Assembly (NCBI GenBank): GCA_051362555.1
Contig: CM120640.1
Coordinates: forward strand, 15,686,001 to 15,750,000
DNA: 64,000 bases
Direction of reading: 5' to 3'
Origin: Lingula anatina
Taxonomy: Eukaryota > Animalia > Brachiopoda
Shown: in pieces, positions 38,904 through 56,049 of the stretch
Layout of the letters: the number at the start of each line of letters is the position of its first letter
Numbering within the stretch: position 1 is the first letter of the stretch
Notes under the pieces: generated by a model
Databases searched by the model: none
Told to the model about the DNA's origin: nothing
What the model saw: the letters and a program-made list of their open reading frames with translations, nothing else
Made by a program: the position numbers and the translations under genes

Positions 38904-39774
38904 GGCCATTTTTGGCAGAAAATGTTATGGGGTGGAATTGGTAATATTTTATACAAGTTGTACATATCATGTACATTATTGGATTATTGGCCATGAATTT
39001 TGACCAGTTATTAGTCATGTTTATTAAGTCCACCAAATAATGAAAATTGTATATTTTAATAGGCAGTTTGATCACCTTAATGTAAAAAAGACCTAAAATA
39101 ATGTAAATGAAGTCCATTATGAATTGCTGTGATGAAAAAACCTCTTTAAAGAGAAGTTTATGGACTGAAATGATTTAAAAACAAAATTTTATCAAATTAT
39201 GCTAATAAAAAAATCCAGATTATCATAAATTTGTTTTATTGATAATTTCCCCCTTGATTATAATAGCATGTACACAACAGGACTCGCGCCACAGTCAACT
39301 GTTAAAAATTGAAAAATGTACCTTCACCTACTTTGTGAAATGCTCTGTTCAATCCAAAGCCGAAGTGAAAAAGAGATATAATGAGAGAATGATGGGCAGT
39401 TACATCGTGAAAAAGACTGTAATTGTGTTATTTTGGCACCTCTGGGCCAGGTTCATCCACCAGCTATTTTTTACTTGATATATGAAGGAAGTGAATGGAT
39501 ATATGCTTCCACAGGTTCTGTCATATAACCAGTAAATATCTTTTGTATGGTCGTAACTAAAAGGGTACACAAATGGAATGTCATTTTCTTATGCTCAAAT
39601 AAGAGATAATCAGCTGTTCTAAAATAAGTTTACATGCTAGCAAGAACCTGTGTGTAAAAAAATTACACATTTATGCATGCACAGGAAATGGGATGTGCAC
39701 TATGGTGTTCTAAAAATCCAGAACACGAAAAAATTTTCAAAAACTTAGGTTTGAAATAACTCTGACAAAATATT

Positions 39775-41612
39775 TTACTCTGCTGTGGGCCAGTTGAGCA
39801 AGTATAGTGCCAGCTGTTTGGGTATTGGTAACTGCATCACTTTGTTTATGGGCACATTTTGCAGAATAGTTATTTTACACATCTGTTGCAGATTCAGTGT
39901 GGTCGGCAACAGCCACAGTCTTATCATTCCATCTGTTGATGAAGTTGCCATGTGCTTTCCAGCACAACTGAAGCTCATCCTGACAATAGTTGGATACAGA
40001 TCTATATAAAATCCCACACTCCGAGGCCCTGCATTCTCATGGTCTTCCAGTTTGTACAGCAGTGTAGCATTATCACAGTTAAACATGTGCACAGTTGCCT
40101 CAGAGGTAGCAACTGCCAGCAAGGTGCCATCCTTGTTGTAACTCACACAATGAATGGTGCCTTTTACATCCTTAGACTCCACAGCAACTTCCGCTATCAC
40201 AGATTTCTTGTTTATGTTGATAGTGTACAGAAAGTTATCAGTTGTTGCTACGGCCAGACGGGAATGACGGTAACGAGGATCAAAATCAAAAGATCTTGCA
40301 TTGTTTATGGTACATACAGGTAATTCCAAGTCCTTTTGGAAGCAAAATTTGAGTTTGAGAGCTTTCCGTGTCACAACAAACAACATCCCAAATGAACCTG
40401 CAACTGCAATACAGCTACTGTCTGGGGACCATTTACACTCTACCTCTTCAGTGTATCTCCTGGTCCCAACAAACCCCTTACATATATGGTGACATATTGC
40501 GGTATCTATGGAAATGATCAGGTCATCAGAGCTGAGTAAAGACACACCAAGCTCAAACATGGAAGATTTCCTAGCAATGCTGGCAATAAACAGGCCATTT
40601 GGGGACATTGTGCAATAGTCGAAACTGGAGACTGTTCCACTTCTACTCTTTGTCCTCAATACAAGAGTATTTATGTCCATGAGTGACAAATTCCCTGCTC
40701 CTAGGAAAAGAATACTTCTGCCATTGGGTGTTGGTACTACTCTTGGGTTTGCCCGGGACTTGCTGTGTTTCAGCACAGAAACTCCTGAAATGATGAATCA
40801 TTATAACTAAATAAATGAATAAATAAATACTGACATTGACATTTAAAGAATGAATTAAATTATATTTAACTGGCCTTAGATAAAAAAAATTAATTGGGCC
40901 TGAAAAAAAAAAAAAAAATTCACATATGCCCATCCAATGTTGTCCAGTACCTAACAACTATGATCTACTTAATCATACTTAAGATATTAGCTAAATATAT
41001 CATTCTTATCACATAAACATATGCCCAATCAATGCCATATCTTAAAACTGTGACATGCTGAATCACACATCTTCATTTCATCTACACATACCTATCCTCT
41101 CACTGAGCTTCCAATGTGCAATCAATCCCTCTACAAGGTTACTGGCAAGCAAAGGTGTACGCCCTGGCCTTGGGAGGAAAGCAGTGTGGTTGGTGACAAG
41201 TTCATCATCCTTGTAGGGAATAAACTGACCATCAGGCCACAATACTACATCATCACTAGCATTGGAAACTGCCTTCTGCAAATCTGAACGCAAAAGTGCT
41301 TTGTGAGAATATTTCAAAGATTCACGCAGTTAATCAGTAAAAACTACTCCATAAATTGAAGAAGTGAGTTTATGTATATGATAAATGCAATCAGTTAGAT
41401 ATACTGTTTAATGCAAACATGTACCAGTACAAGGTCATTGTGACTGATAATCACAGCGTCAACTCACTTGGTTTGGGAGGTAATGCTTTAAACATCTTCA
41501 CAACTTTCCCTGGAATCCCACGCCAACATGACGGAAAGGGCGTTAATGTCCAACTTGGGACATCTATTTTGCCCTCTAATTCATCCAACTTCAAACTTTG
41601 CACATTCCCCAT
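39775..41612 (-). CDS. WD40-repeat and SOCS-box protein (WSB-like), paralogue 2, ~448 aa; coding exons 41612-41468, 41283-41092, 40784-39775
   Basis: Same exon sizes as paralogue 1 (145, 192, 1010 nt) with an intact frame. About 23 amino-acid differences in the last 333 aa. Confidence 0.88.
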
Positions 41613-41955
41613 GACCTGAAAAAAGTTTTGTCCTGGTAGGCTTATTTCAAATGGCTTTTCATTATAAGCCATTCATTGGTGTTTTAGAAATAAAGACAAC
41701 AATCCATTAGGCTACAGCGAGCCTACTACTATTACTACACAAGCTGTATAACTTTACTTATGCTAGTACAACGTGGCTTGGAAGTGCATTACAGAACTTT
41801 GTTGCATAAAATTTAAAAACCAAACGCTCCAAAATGTCATTATGTGTAACCTGGAAAAACTCGTCGAATTGTCTGCATGTGTCATTTTAAGGCATTGCGT
41901 GGGCACTCCACGTATGCAAATTTACGCACTGTGGCATAACTGTCAATTCCTCACC

Positions 41956-42263
41956 TTGAAAAAAATCTTTAAATTGTTTACATTTCAGCAATATTTTTCT
42001 TTGAGGTCAGTGCTACTATGGGAAGATAATAACCATCGACGTCGCTCGCGTGCAAGATAGGACTAAAAGCGATTAATATCTTATCCCAAACCAAGCTATA
42101 TCAGTTCGATGCTTCCAAATTTAAGTTAACAGTTTCAAAAAAGTCGTAAGTAAATGATAAATCAGGAAGTGCAGAGTTCAACTGGTCACATCACTGTTGT
42201 AAACAATTTGTTTTTCCTCTTGCGCACGTGACCTTGTGGTTAGCAAGATGGCGAGGAGCGAGA
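41956..42263. promoter_or_regulatory. Putative bidirectional promoter and 5' UTRs of WD40-SOCS paralogue 2 (-) and STK11 (+)
   Basis: Minus-strand non-coding exon with donor AG|GTGAGG at ~41955. ETS-like CAGGAAGTG at ~42163 and YY1-like CAAGATGGCG at 42244. Confidence 0.6.
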
Positions 42264-46296
<4,033 letters not shown>

Positions 46297-49208
46297 CGAT
46301 ATCCCCACTTGTTGTCCTCTGCCCAGTTCTCACCACTGGAAGTGTTTTGTTGATGTTATATATTTGTTGTTAAAATTGCTGCTGTACTCACTGCCTCCTT
46401 ATTCTTGAGGAAAAAATATGCCATCTGTGTGTTGTTATCAGCATAGAATGTGCATGTAACTTAAAGGAATCCAATGACATTTAGTTGAGATAAAGATTGA
46501 GGGGACATGAAATTGGTCAATAAAGTTCTCCAAGCATATCCTAGTGGAAGTTTAAAAAAGGGCATTAAGTGAATAATGTACTCATTGATATAATGAGATG
46601 TCACACTGTCCAAAAATGCACACTGCATGTTAAGTTAAGAAGGATATCTGGTTTTTTGAATGTCAGATGCACATTGCCTTGTTTTTTTAGTAGGATTCAT
46701 GAAATTGGAACTAATGGCTGATCTACTGGATATAAATTTGTCAGACTGTACCGTATTATTGATTACAAAAGAATCAAGGTTTCATTTATCCATACAATAG
46801 ACTATATTTCTTTAACATATTTTTTTCTCCTTGAATGTTTGGTTGTAGGATACCTCCTTGGCAAACTGGTGCTACTGTGGAGCTATGTACTCTGTCTTTT
46901 ATTTTCATGGATATATTTTGTTTCATATCTGCTCACTGATAATACATTATGTGCCATGGTTGTGATCAACCAGTCGTAGAATTCTTGGCAGCTAATTGTT
47001 TACCAAGCTCCTTACACAGTTCCTTTGACTGTCAGGTCATTAATTATAACTTTCCTTTTACATGTGTTTCTTTAAAAACACAGGGAGCAGGCTTTTGTCG
47101 TTTTATTTTTGCCCTTCTGTCCTCCAATTTAATTGGATTGCTGTGCTGCATATAAACGGTTTTGCTAAAGGTTCATTCATCATGTGAGATTAATCACATT
47201 AATCATGACTGGACTGAGTAGAGGAGCTGAACCATTTGCCTTATTTGCTAAGGGTGAAACCTTTACATGCAGAAATGCCTTAAATTGTATCAGTTATTTG
47301 TTTTACCAAGTGCAAAGCATAACAAAGACAGTGGGAAGCAGTTGAGGTCAACTCTGGGTTGTGTTTGCAGAGATCCTGTTATGGTTTCTTCACTATTAAG
47401 AATTTGTGTTAATTCACTCTTGTGTCACCACTTCAAACTCAAAAGCACCTTATTCATTCTTTTGACCTTCTTTGGGAAATGAAGTTTCTTGTAGTTTGAA
47501 CTTATTTTGCATATATCTAGTCATTTGAATGAAAATTGATTTGAACATATCAAAGGCACAGAGAATGTGCAATAAAGGAAAACACCATAGCATGAGGCTA
47601 AATAATATATATGTATGTAACTTGCTTGTTAGTAATGTATAGATGTTTGTTATATCAGTTAATGAATTGTAAAGAAATGAAGTGCAAACTATTCTAATTG
47701 CTCATTCAGTTTATTATTTTAAAGTTTCAACATTGGTTGGTAACCAGTGTTTCACTTCAAACCTTAGCTTCTCACTTTTTTTTCTTCACTTCATGGTATA
47801 AAATTGCTTATTTGTCACATTGAATAAGTTCATTACTTTTTTACAATGATTTTGTCATCAAGATAAAAAGAAAGCAATGGACTTTTGAGTGGAATGTGCA
47901 AAGCGGTGCATTGCGAAAACTGGTTGATGACATTGCAAAGTGTGCATTACAGAAAAGTAGTTTGCCCTGATGGAAAACAGGCATGAAATTATCCAGCAAT
48001 AGAGACTTACGTCCTATTTGGACATTCATGATTATTGTTTTGTACATAAGCGTGTATATTGATTATAAAAACACTTGGTGACTGACTGAGTCAGCTGGCA
48101 CCAGTTAGTTTACTTCTTGTTCCATGTGGCCATTGTTAACATGTTCCAATACAATTATACTTCTTTCTACAGTCAGTAATGTAAAGATTTTTTATACTGC
48201 AATGAAAATGACAGTTGATATGCCAGTAATCATCAGACTAAAACATGCCATGCTGTTTTGTGTGACACAAGATGTACTTTCTCCAGGAGACAGGGTTTCA
48301 AAAATGGAAACTGATGTCATACAAATGAAGATTCAATACTAGTGTTGTATAGAAATGTCATAGCTTCATAATCACTGTTTTGAAAAAAAGAACACATAAA
48401 ACAAATGTTCAGTTATGTACCATTGTTAGGTCTAATTGTAACATACAGATAATTGAAGAAAAGTTAATGTTTTTCATGACATTTTATATTGTACAACCTA
48501 ATTAAACTTTTTTTGCCTACTTTATAAATGCTTTCAAATAGAAGAGAATGTTATGAATTAAGATTCAGTAAGTGCATTTGTATGATGAATGATTGAATCC
48601 CTTGAAGGGGTATTTGAATGAAAAAGTACACTTTTACTTGTTCTGAAACACTATTTGGTTCCAGTTGAAGCAAAGATTTAAGGTATTATAAGTCAATCAT
48701 ACCAAATATAAGTATTGGTTTAATTATACATTGTAAAATGCTTTACATTCTAAAAATCTTAGAAAATAAGTAGATTTGTATTTACCATTTGTAGTCTAAC
48801 ATGTTTGTGGTTAATGATTAGATTTGAATATTTGTAATTTTGGAATTGTCAGTACTGAATGTTGTGTGTTTCAGACTATAATGTTGAATGAAATAATTAC
48901 TATTTTAGACATCAACTGTTTGTGTCATTCCTGTAATTTTCATTTCTGTTTTGTTGAAGCAAACAACAACATAAAATGAACCTAAAACTAATTTTAGAAC
49001 ACTTAAAATTTTCGAATTTTTTTATTGTTTTAACTTTTAAAAACTTGTAGAACATTTAACTGTTTGCCACTGATATACTGATTTATTTTCACTAAAATAT
49101 ATTTTATTTATTTTAATAAATAAGGTTAACATGCCATAATCTTTTAAAATAGCACAATAAAATACACTGGGTTGTCACTGAAGAATGTGAAACAGACTAT
49201 ACAGGTGC

Positions 49209-52200
49209 TTATGACAATCTCTCACACGTGTCTGATGCTTTCTCATTTCTGCTTTCCAGTTTTGCAATGCGTGATCCAAATTGTATGGCTCTCTTTGGCA
49301 GTGATGCAGCATTAGTTAAGCCAAGTTTAGCTGCCACAACTCTGAGCAAAAATTTTTCTCCGACTCCTCGAGGAAGAGAAAGAAGACACTGAAATGTGAG
49401 ATAACACTTCTTATCATTTAAAAAAATCTCATTTGTCATACATACAGATGGTGATTAACACTTCATAGAAAATGCTAAGAAAATTACTGTTAAAAACAAT
49501 AACTGTGAAATTAAAATATTTTAAAAGTATGACTCTCACGTATCAGTTTACCTTTTTCCACACTGGCAAACCATTCAGGAAAAAAACTACATCTTCATCT
49601 AAGAAAGGAAGTCTAGATTCTCGAGCATGGTCTGTAATGATTCTGAAAATATAAAATAATTGTTTCAGACTTCTCAAATGCATATGAGAACAAGGCAGCA
49701 AAGCTGTCAAATGTACAGACAAAAAGCAGAAAACAACAATGCACAAAAATAGGCTACTGTCAATTCTGATACAAAAGTACATTATGCTTACCTGCAAATT
49801 CAACATCAAATTTTAGTTATGCTCAACAGGTAATACCAATGTAAGTAAAATGTGAAACAAGCATAAGGCTTCAGGCCCATGAGAGTTCACACTTTGAAAG
49901 TGCCAGAATAAGAAAAATGAAAATTTTACACAAAATTGCATAAATTCAATAATAAATGATAACCCAATTGAGCTGGCTTTCTAATTTGAACTGCATGCCA
50001 ATCCTACAAATAATACTTGTAAGTTAAAAATAATAATAATAAGTAACACAGTTTTCTTTTCATGTTTGTAGTAGCAGTACATTTTTGTCAATTTTGATGC
50101 AACATTACATAATGTTTAACAGCATAATGACCATCAATTTTTAATAATAAAATATTAGTATCATGGATATTCAGAAAATGTGACTAGCAAAGGTCTTCAG
50201 GACCATGGAACTTCAAAGTCACATCTTGAAAATGCCAAAAAGTAAACAAGACAGCACTGTTCTGAAATGGGTTTTTTCCATTTTTAACACTTTTTTAACA
50301 TAAAACAAAATTAACAGTTTACTGCCATTTTTATATGATCAACTAAGAAAATTGATGAGATGGGGAAAATATCAATACAACAGTGTTAAATGTCCAATTT
50401 CGTCTATTCTGAGATTCTGAACATAGTGGATGATTGAATCTGACAAACTGCAATAATATGAGTTTATTTCCAATTTTGACACTTTATTACACAAAACACG
50501 ATAACAAGTTTACCATCATTTTTACATAATCAACTAACAATGTTGTGAAGATGCAGGAAATGTGAAACAAACACCTTTACGTATTTTATTAGTTAAATAA
50601 TGAGACTATTAACATGCCTAAGAATTGAATCTGAGGAAATGTGAAAAAAACAGCATAACTTCTAAAATAATGGCCCGATAATGCTGATTTTCGAACTTGA
50701 CCTGCATTTTAGTGAGATTGATTACTCCTGTGAGTTTCATGACAACAGGCCTATCGGTTTTCCTTAAAATGTGTTAACAGTGTTGCATATATGCTGAAAA
50801 GTGAAAAAACAGCATAACTTCTACAATAATGGCCTAAACATGCTGATTTTCGAACTTGACCTGCGTTTTATGAATATTCAAAAGCTCTGTAAATATACAG
50901 CCAAAAAGTAAAACTGTCTTCCACTTATCGTGTTAACGATGAAAGTGCACGGCGACGGCGATGGCGACGGCGACATCGACGGCGACAGGGACGGCGACAG
51001 GGACGGCGACGACAGACGCAGGTGATGGCAATATGTACAGACACATCTGTGTCTGTACATAAAAAAGGAGACAGTATAAGTTACTTTGAAATCTAGAAAT
51101 AAATTGGAGTCACTAACAGCATACCTGTCATCACGGCCAAGGTTCCTTGATGAAATTCTCTTTATTTCCATATCAATTTCATCAACCAATCCTTGCCAGC
51201 CATTGATGCTGAAAGAAATATTTTCCATACAATTATCTTTAACAAGACTTACTGAAGCAAAACCATACATAATTTAACATTAGATTATAATCAGGGTGTA
51301 GATAATTAGGGTGAACATGCATGCCACAGAAAAGATATATCAAAATTCTGATACAAAAAAATAATAAATAAGATAATAATAACAATAATACTAAATAAAA
51401 AATAACTCACTTAAACTTGACTCTGTGTCTAGAGTATCCTGCAAGTTGCTCATCAGCACCCATTCCAACAAGCACTACCTGAATTAAATGAATGAACACA
51501 CTCATTTCAATGGATTATATTACAAAAATAGTACAGAGAAAAAATTGCTGTATGATCCATTTGGTGCAAAAAACGTGGGTATACCCATAAAGGAGATACT
51601 TCAGTATTGCTTCATCAGGGATCACACAACCATTTTATTACCTTATAAAGGAGCACAGAAACATATACAAAACAGACAAGCTGCCAGTAAAATTGAAATT
51701 GATATCTAATCTAATTTTAGTTTTAACAGTAACTCTCACCCTGGCAGTGGAAGTGTAGTTCACCATTTCTGTGTCTGTTATTCTGAGAATCCCTCTCCCT
51801 CTAGCAGCAAACCATATGGCACACCCTATACTGTCATCTAGGACAGTCTGAGAGGGGTAAACCAGTTCACTTACATGTTCATTCCTGAAAAAATTCAATA
51901 TTGAAATATAAAATTTCAAGTAACATGGTTGAGAAAAAATCCTGTTTTCCCATGAAAACATGTTTTATGAAAATTTGCCTACAGCAATGTGTTTGTATGT
52001 ACTTTTATTTCTAAACTATAGCTTCAAGTAAAAAATAGTGTCAAATAGCAGTAAACAAGTCAAAATGTTTATTTTAGTGTGAAATACTTCACACGCTTAC
52101 CTTGCTCTTTGTAATTCTTCTAACGTGACATTTACCTAGAAAATTAACAAAATTTAATTTAAAAGCAAATTAAGAAAGAAATCAGAGAAGTGCTCTTGCA

Positions 52201-54856
52201 TTTATTAAAAAACAAATGATCTACAAGTCTTGTTTGTCAACAAAATCACAAAAAAAAGAAAGAAAATGCATGATCTCACCTCTATAAAATTCCAGGGTCT
52301 ATGAGGGTTGAGCTCCTTCAGTCCTTCTTTACCTGTTATTCTGTCTGGCACTTCAAAGGAATCTTTTGGTTGTTTAGGTTGGCTGAAAAGGACAATTACA
52401 TAGTTATTCAAAGGAGTAAACACATGCCATAGAAAACTGGCATTTTATTTTTTTCGATCTGACCCTTACTGTAAACTAATTATATTTGAAATTTATTACA
52501 CTTTGCAAAATGTAAGAGAAAGCATGATGAAACTTTTATTCACTTACGTGCAGTTCGTGCTAGATTAGAAGAAAACGTGTATAGGGATTGGATTTAAGTT
52601 AACTTTAGAGCTAATTCATACTTTGACAGCAAAAGTAGGTTTTATTTGGACCAGTAAAATGTGAAATATAATACAAAATGAGCATTGCTATCATTCCCAC
52701 TGATTACTTCTTTTCATAACTCAAAACATATGATAATGAAGTACGTGTAGATTTCTTACAGATTCTTGGGTTCTTTTTTCTTGGCATTTGTATTCTGTTG
52801 TTGCTCAAATGCTACATTCAGCAAATCAATAGGTTCCCCATCTGGAACATGCCTATTGCAAAGTAATGTAAAAAGAATATGACCACTCATCATCAAGAAT
52901 ACATCTAATGTCTTCGTGATTGAACAAAATATTTCATTACAGCACATATATCTCAATGAATGTCCAAATTACAGATGGTTGTATATAATACATAAATTGG
53001 ATTTTTTGTCTGTGTACACACCTATCTGCCAGTGCAGCAATCACTATAGAATCAATCCCCCCAGAGAACAGCACAGCTATACGGGCATGCTGACACCTAG
53101 TCTCACTGTCCACTCCTGACCCAGGGTCAGTGGTGAAATGTCCATCTGAATACACATTTATATCACTTCCAGATGAATTACTGCTGGTCATTTCTTTTTT
53201 TTCAACTGGGATATCCTCCAGGGGAGAGGCAGTCTGGAAATCACTTGATGCCAAGTTTGTATTGGTATTTGTTTCCCCCTGAAAATGGGTAGTGACAAGC
53301 CCATCATCTTCAACCTGTAACTGGGTAACTTTGGATGTTAAATCCTCGGGGTCCTTAGGTGTTCCTACATAATTACCAAGCAGAAAAGTTTCACTAGTGC
53401 TACAATGCTGTTTACTTGCTTTATTTTTCTTGATTTTTTGGTGACTTCTAAGACAAAAATGACACAATGTTGGCTGATTTTGCACCCTGCGTTTCACTGC
53501 CTCGCTCAACACTTCTGTAAATTTATCTGCAAGTAGTTTCATATCTGAGTCAGCCAGGCTGAGAATATTCTCTTGTGGTGTGTTCTTTTTCTGATTGTTA
53601 CTCCAACTTTCAGTGCTTTTTTCTTTACAAGGATCCAACTGCTTGTCTCCACCAAGAGATGCATAAGTCATTTCAACTGAAACATTTTTCGACCTTTGAG
53701 ATGCTGTAGCAGATACTGAGGAGGCTTCATCTCGGTCTTTTTCTTTTGACTTGTCAACTCCAAGTCCAAAGAATGCTAATGAATCTTCCACTGCGGGTAG
53801 CTCTCTGTTAAATGAACCTATTGTACTCTGTATACAGAGACCTCCTTTTTTAACAAAGTGAATGTTTTTACTTGGATTCACTTGTCCATCTTTTATAGAA
53901 TTTGTACTTCCATTAAATGGCTCTTCTGGGTCCATGGGAAAAGTGCTGTTATTTACTTCTACGGGGCCTGTTATCCATGGAAACCAAATTATATTTACCA
54001 TCCATGAGGTATCTGATGATCTAGATTCATCTCCATCAGGGAGTATCATCTTATATATTCCATTAGCTGGCACCTCCTCCCAATTCTATAAAACAAACGT
54101 CGTAATTGTCCAATTACACAGAACTGGAATTTAGTGAAAAACCAATGCACAAAGAAATCAATTACAATTTTTTTTTGCTGCATTGAAACTAATAAGAAAT
54201 AACCTTCAAAGCAAAGGCTCTGTTGATATATAACTTGTTGCTTAAAAAAAAAACAGCCATCTCATCTCATACTGTACATCTTTAAACTGACCACAATTAC
54301 AAGACATTCAAAGTAGATGTCATTCAAAATAAGTATATTTAAATATGTACCAGTGGTTTAATTTGCACAGATGCCAGACCAAAACAGTCATGGAAGTCAT
54401 CAGGGTCTGGCAGATGCCACAGTAAACTTCTTCTGCCAAAGCAGTCTCTTCCAAACCACAGTGTATTTAGTTGTTTCTATAAAAATATTAAAAATAATAT
54501 GAATTTTATTGTAAATATAAATAATATTGTTGAAATTAAAAGAAATATACTATTACAAGTTATATTCTATAAACAATATTTAAACCTCACAATAAATATT
54601 GGGAAGTTGCTAACTATCGTAGTTTCCAAAAACCAACATCTATGCATTTTAAGCATAATAATCATTTTTCAGCGTGGCTCTTAAAAGCCTATTTTACAAA
54701 TAAAATATAAATTACTTCATATTTGCCAATTAATTAATTAATCAATTAATCTTTAACAAAAATGCAGCCCTTACTGCTTCTCAAGAGTATAGAAGAAGGT
54801 AAAGAGAAAGATCTTATTTGAAAGTTGAAAAAAATAAACAACTCAATATTCAGTGT

Positions 54857-54928
<72 letters not shown>

Positions 54929-55743
54929 CTAAAATTTTGATTACCTGAAAGTATATAAAAGCCCATGGTCCTTTGATCTGGCTGAACACCTGCAGTATTT
55001 CTTCATCAGAGGTGCACTGGCCCAGATGCTGCAAGACAACTTGACTGTCATTCTCCTCCTCTTGAAGCTGATAAGATCAATATGATATTTGAAAAAAAAC
55101 TATCATAATTGTGCAAACATATGTGAAGCCCAAAAAAATTAAACAATCAGAATCAGTATTTCAAAGCTGGTGGTTCAAATAATTGTTATCAAGCGGCATC
55201 CCTAGTATTTGAGTATGTGTACAGCAACTACTGGGAAAATGACTTCATACTGAACATAAACCCACTGAACATAAACGCACCTCCAACCCTCCGAATACCT
55301 CTCCATTCCACAGTAGTAGGTTACCATCTGCACTGTTATCTTGCACTGGTTGAGGAGTCAATTGGCCACGCAGGTGGAGGACACAGCCATGCAGGGACAA
55401 TCGAATATTTCCTGTGAGTTCTACCTCATGGCTCTCAACACTGTCTGGGCCTCTGTGATGCAATCTACTCTTCTGAACATAATCTGAAGCCTGTAACATA
55501 AATCAGAATACGACAAATTGTTTCAATCCAGTGTCAGTCATACTGGTAGTGTTAAAATCGGCCACTACACTTTTAGAGCTCAAAATAAAACAATTAGAGA
55601 AGAGGATATGACACAAGGTCTACGCCAGAACTTCACTTAAGAGAATTAACTAAACCATGAGTAAATCACTAATGTAAAAACAGACTTACCTGTGTTTGAT
55701 TTCTTCTATTGCCCACCCAAAGGAAAGCACAGATGCCGCACAT
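49209..55743 (-). CDS. ASNSD1: Asparagine synthetase domain-containing protein 1, ~13 exons (first 55743-55690; large exon 54085-53022)
   Basis: N-terminal [98 protein letters not shown] and [13 protein letters not shown]. Confidence 0.95.
49689..51066 (-). mobile_element. HINE-like element, copy D, in ASNSD1 intron
   Basis: Both termini are intact (palindrome head ~51031-51061; subTIR and hairpin ~49689-49720). Its 3' internal module differs from copies A and B. Confidence 0.88.
54860..54928. repeat. (TA)n(CA)n microsatellite in ASNSD1 intron
   Basis: Directly visible. Confidence 0.95.
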
Positions 55744-56049
55744 GTTGATATCGGAAGTCTAAGACAGGAAGTGCCATAGTCTTAATCTTTTTTAATTGCT
55801 TTATTCCCCTCTGGCCATTGATGGTCATTGAAACACTACAAAAGTACAAATGAAAACTCATAAAATAATTTATTTTATTTTATATATTATATTAACTACA
55901 GTTTTTCTAATGTTCACTTCGGGTTTTGAGAGTAAAAAAAGAGTAAAGTTCACGTTCCAGACTTCAAATCAGAAGAGTTACCCCGAGGTTAAAGTGCGCT
56001 GAGATTAGACCAGGATAAACCGAAAACTCCCCTGGTACATATATCAGAA
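55744..56049. promoter_or_regulatory. Putative bidirectional promoter ASNSD1/ILVBL
   Basis: Start codons are head-to-head with 306 bp between them. Tandem ETS-like CGGAAGT (55752) and CAGGAAGT (55765). Confidence 0.7.

Noticed and set aside
38737-39117. Recurring ORF peptide [19 protein letters not shown] (also at 50878-51270) as a Cys/His protein family
   Set aside because: It is a chance translation of the HINE palindrome head and microsatellite.
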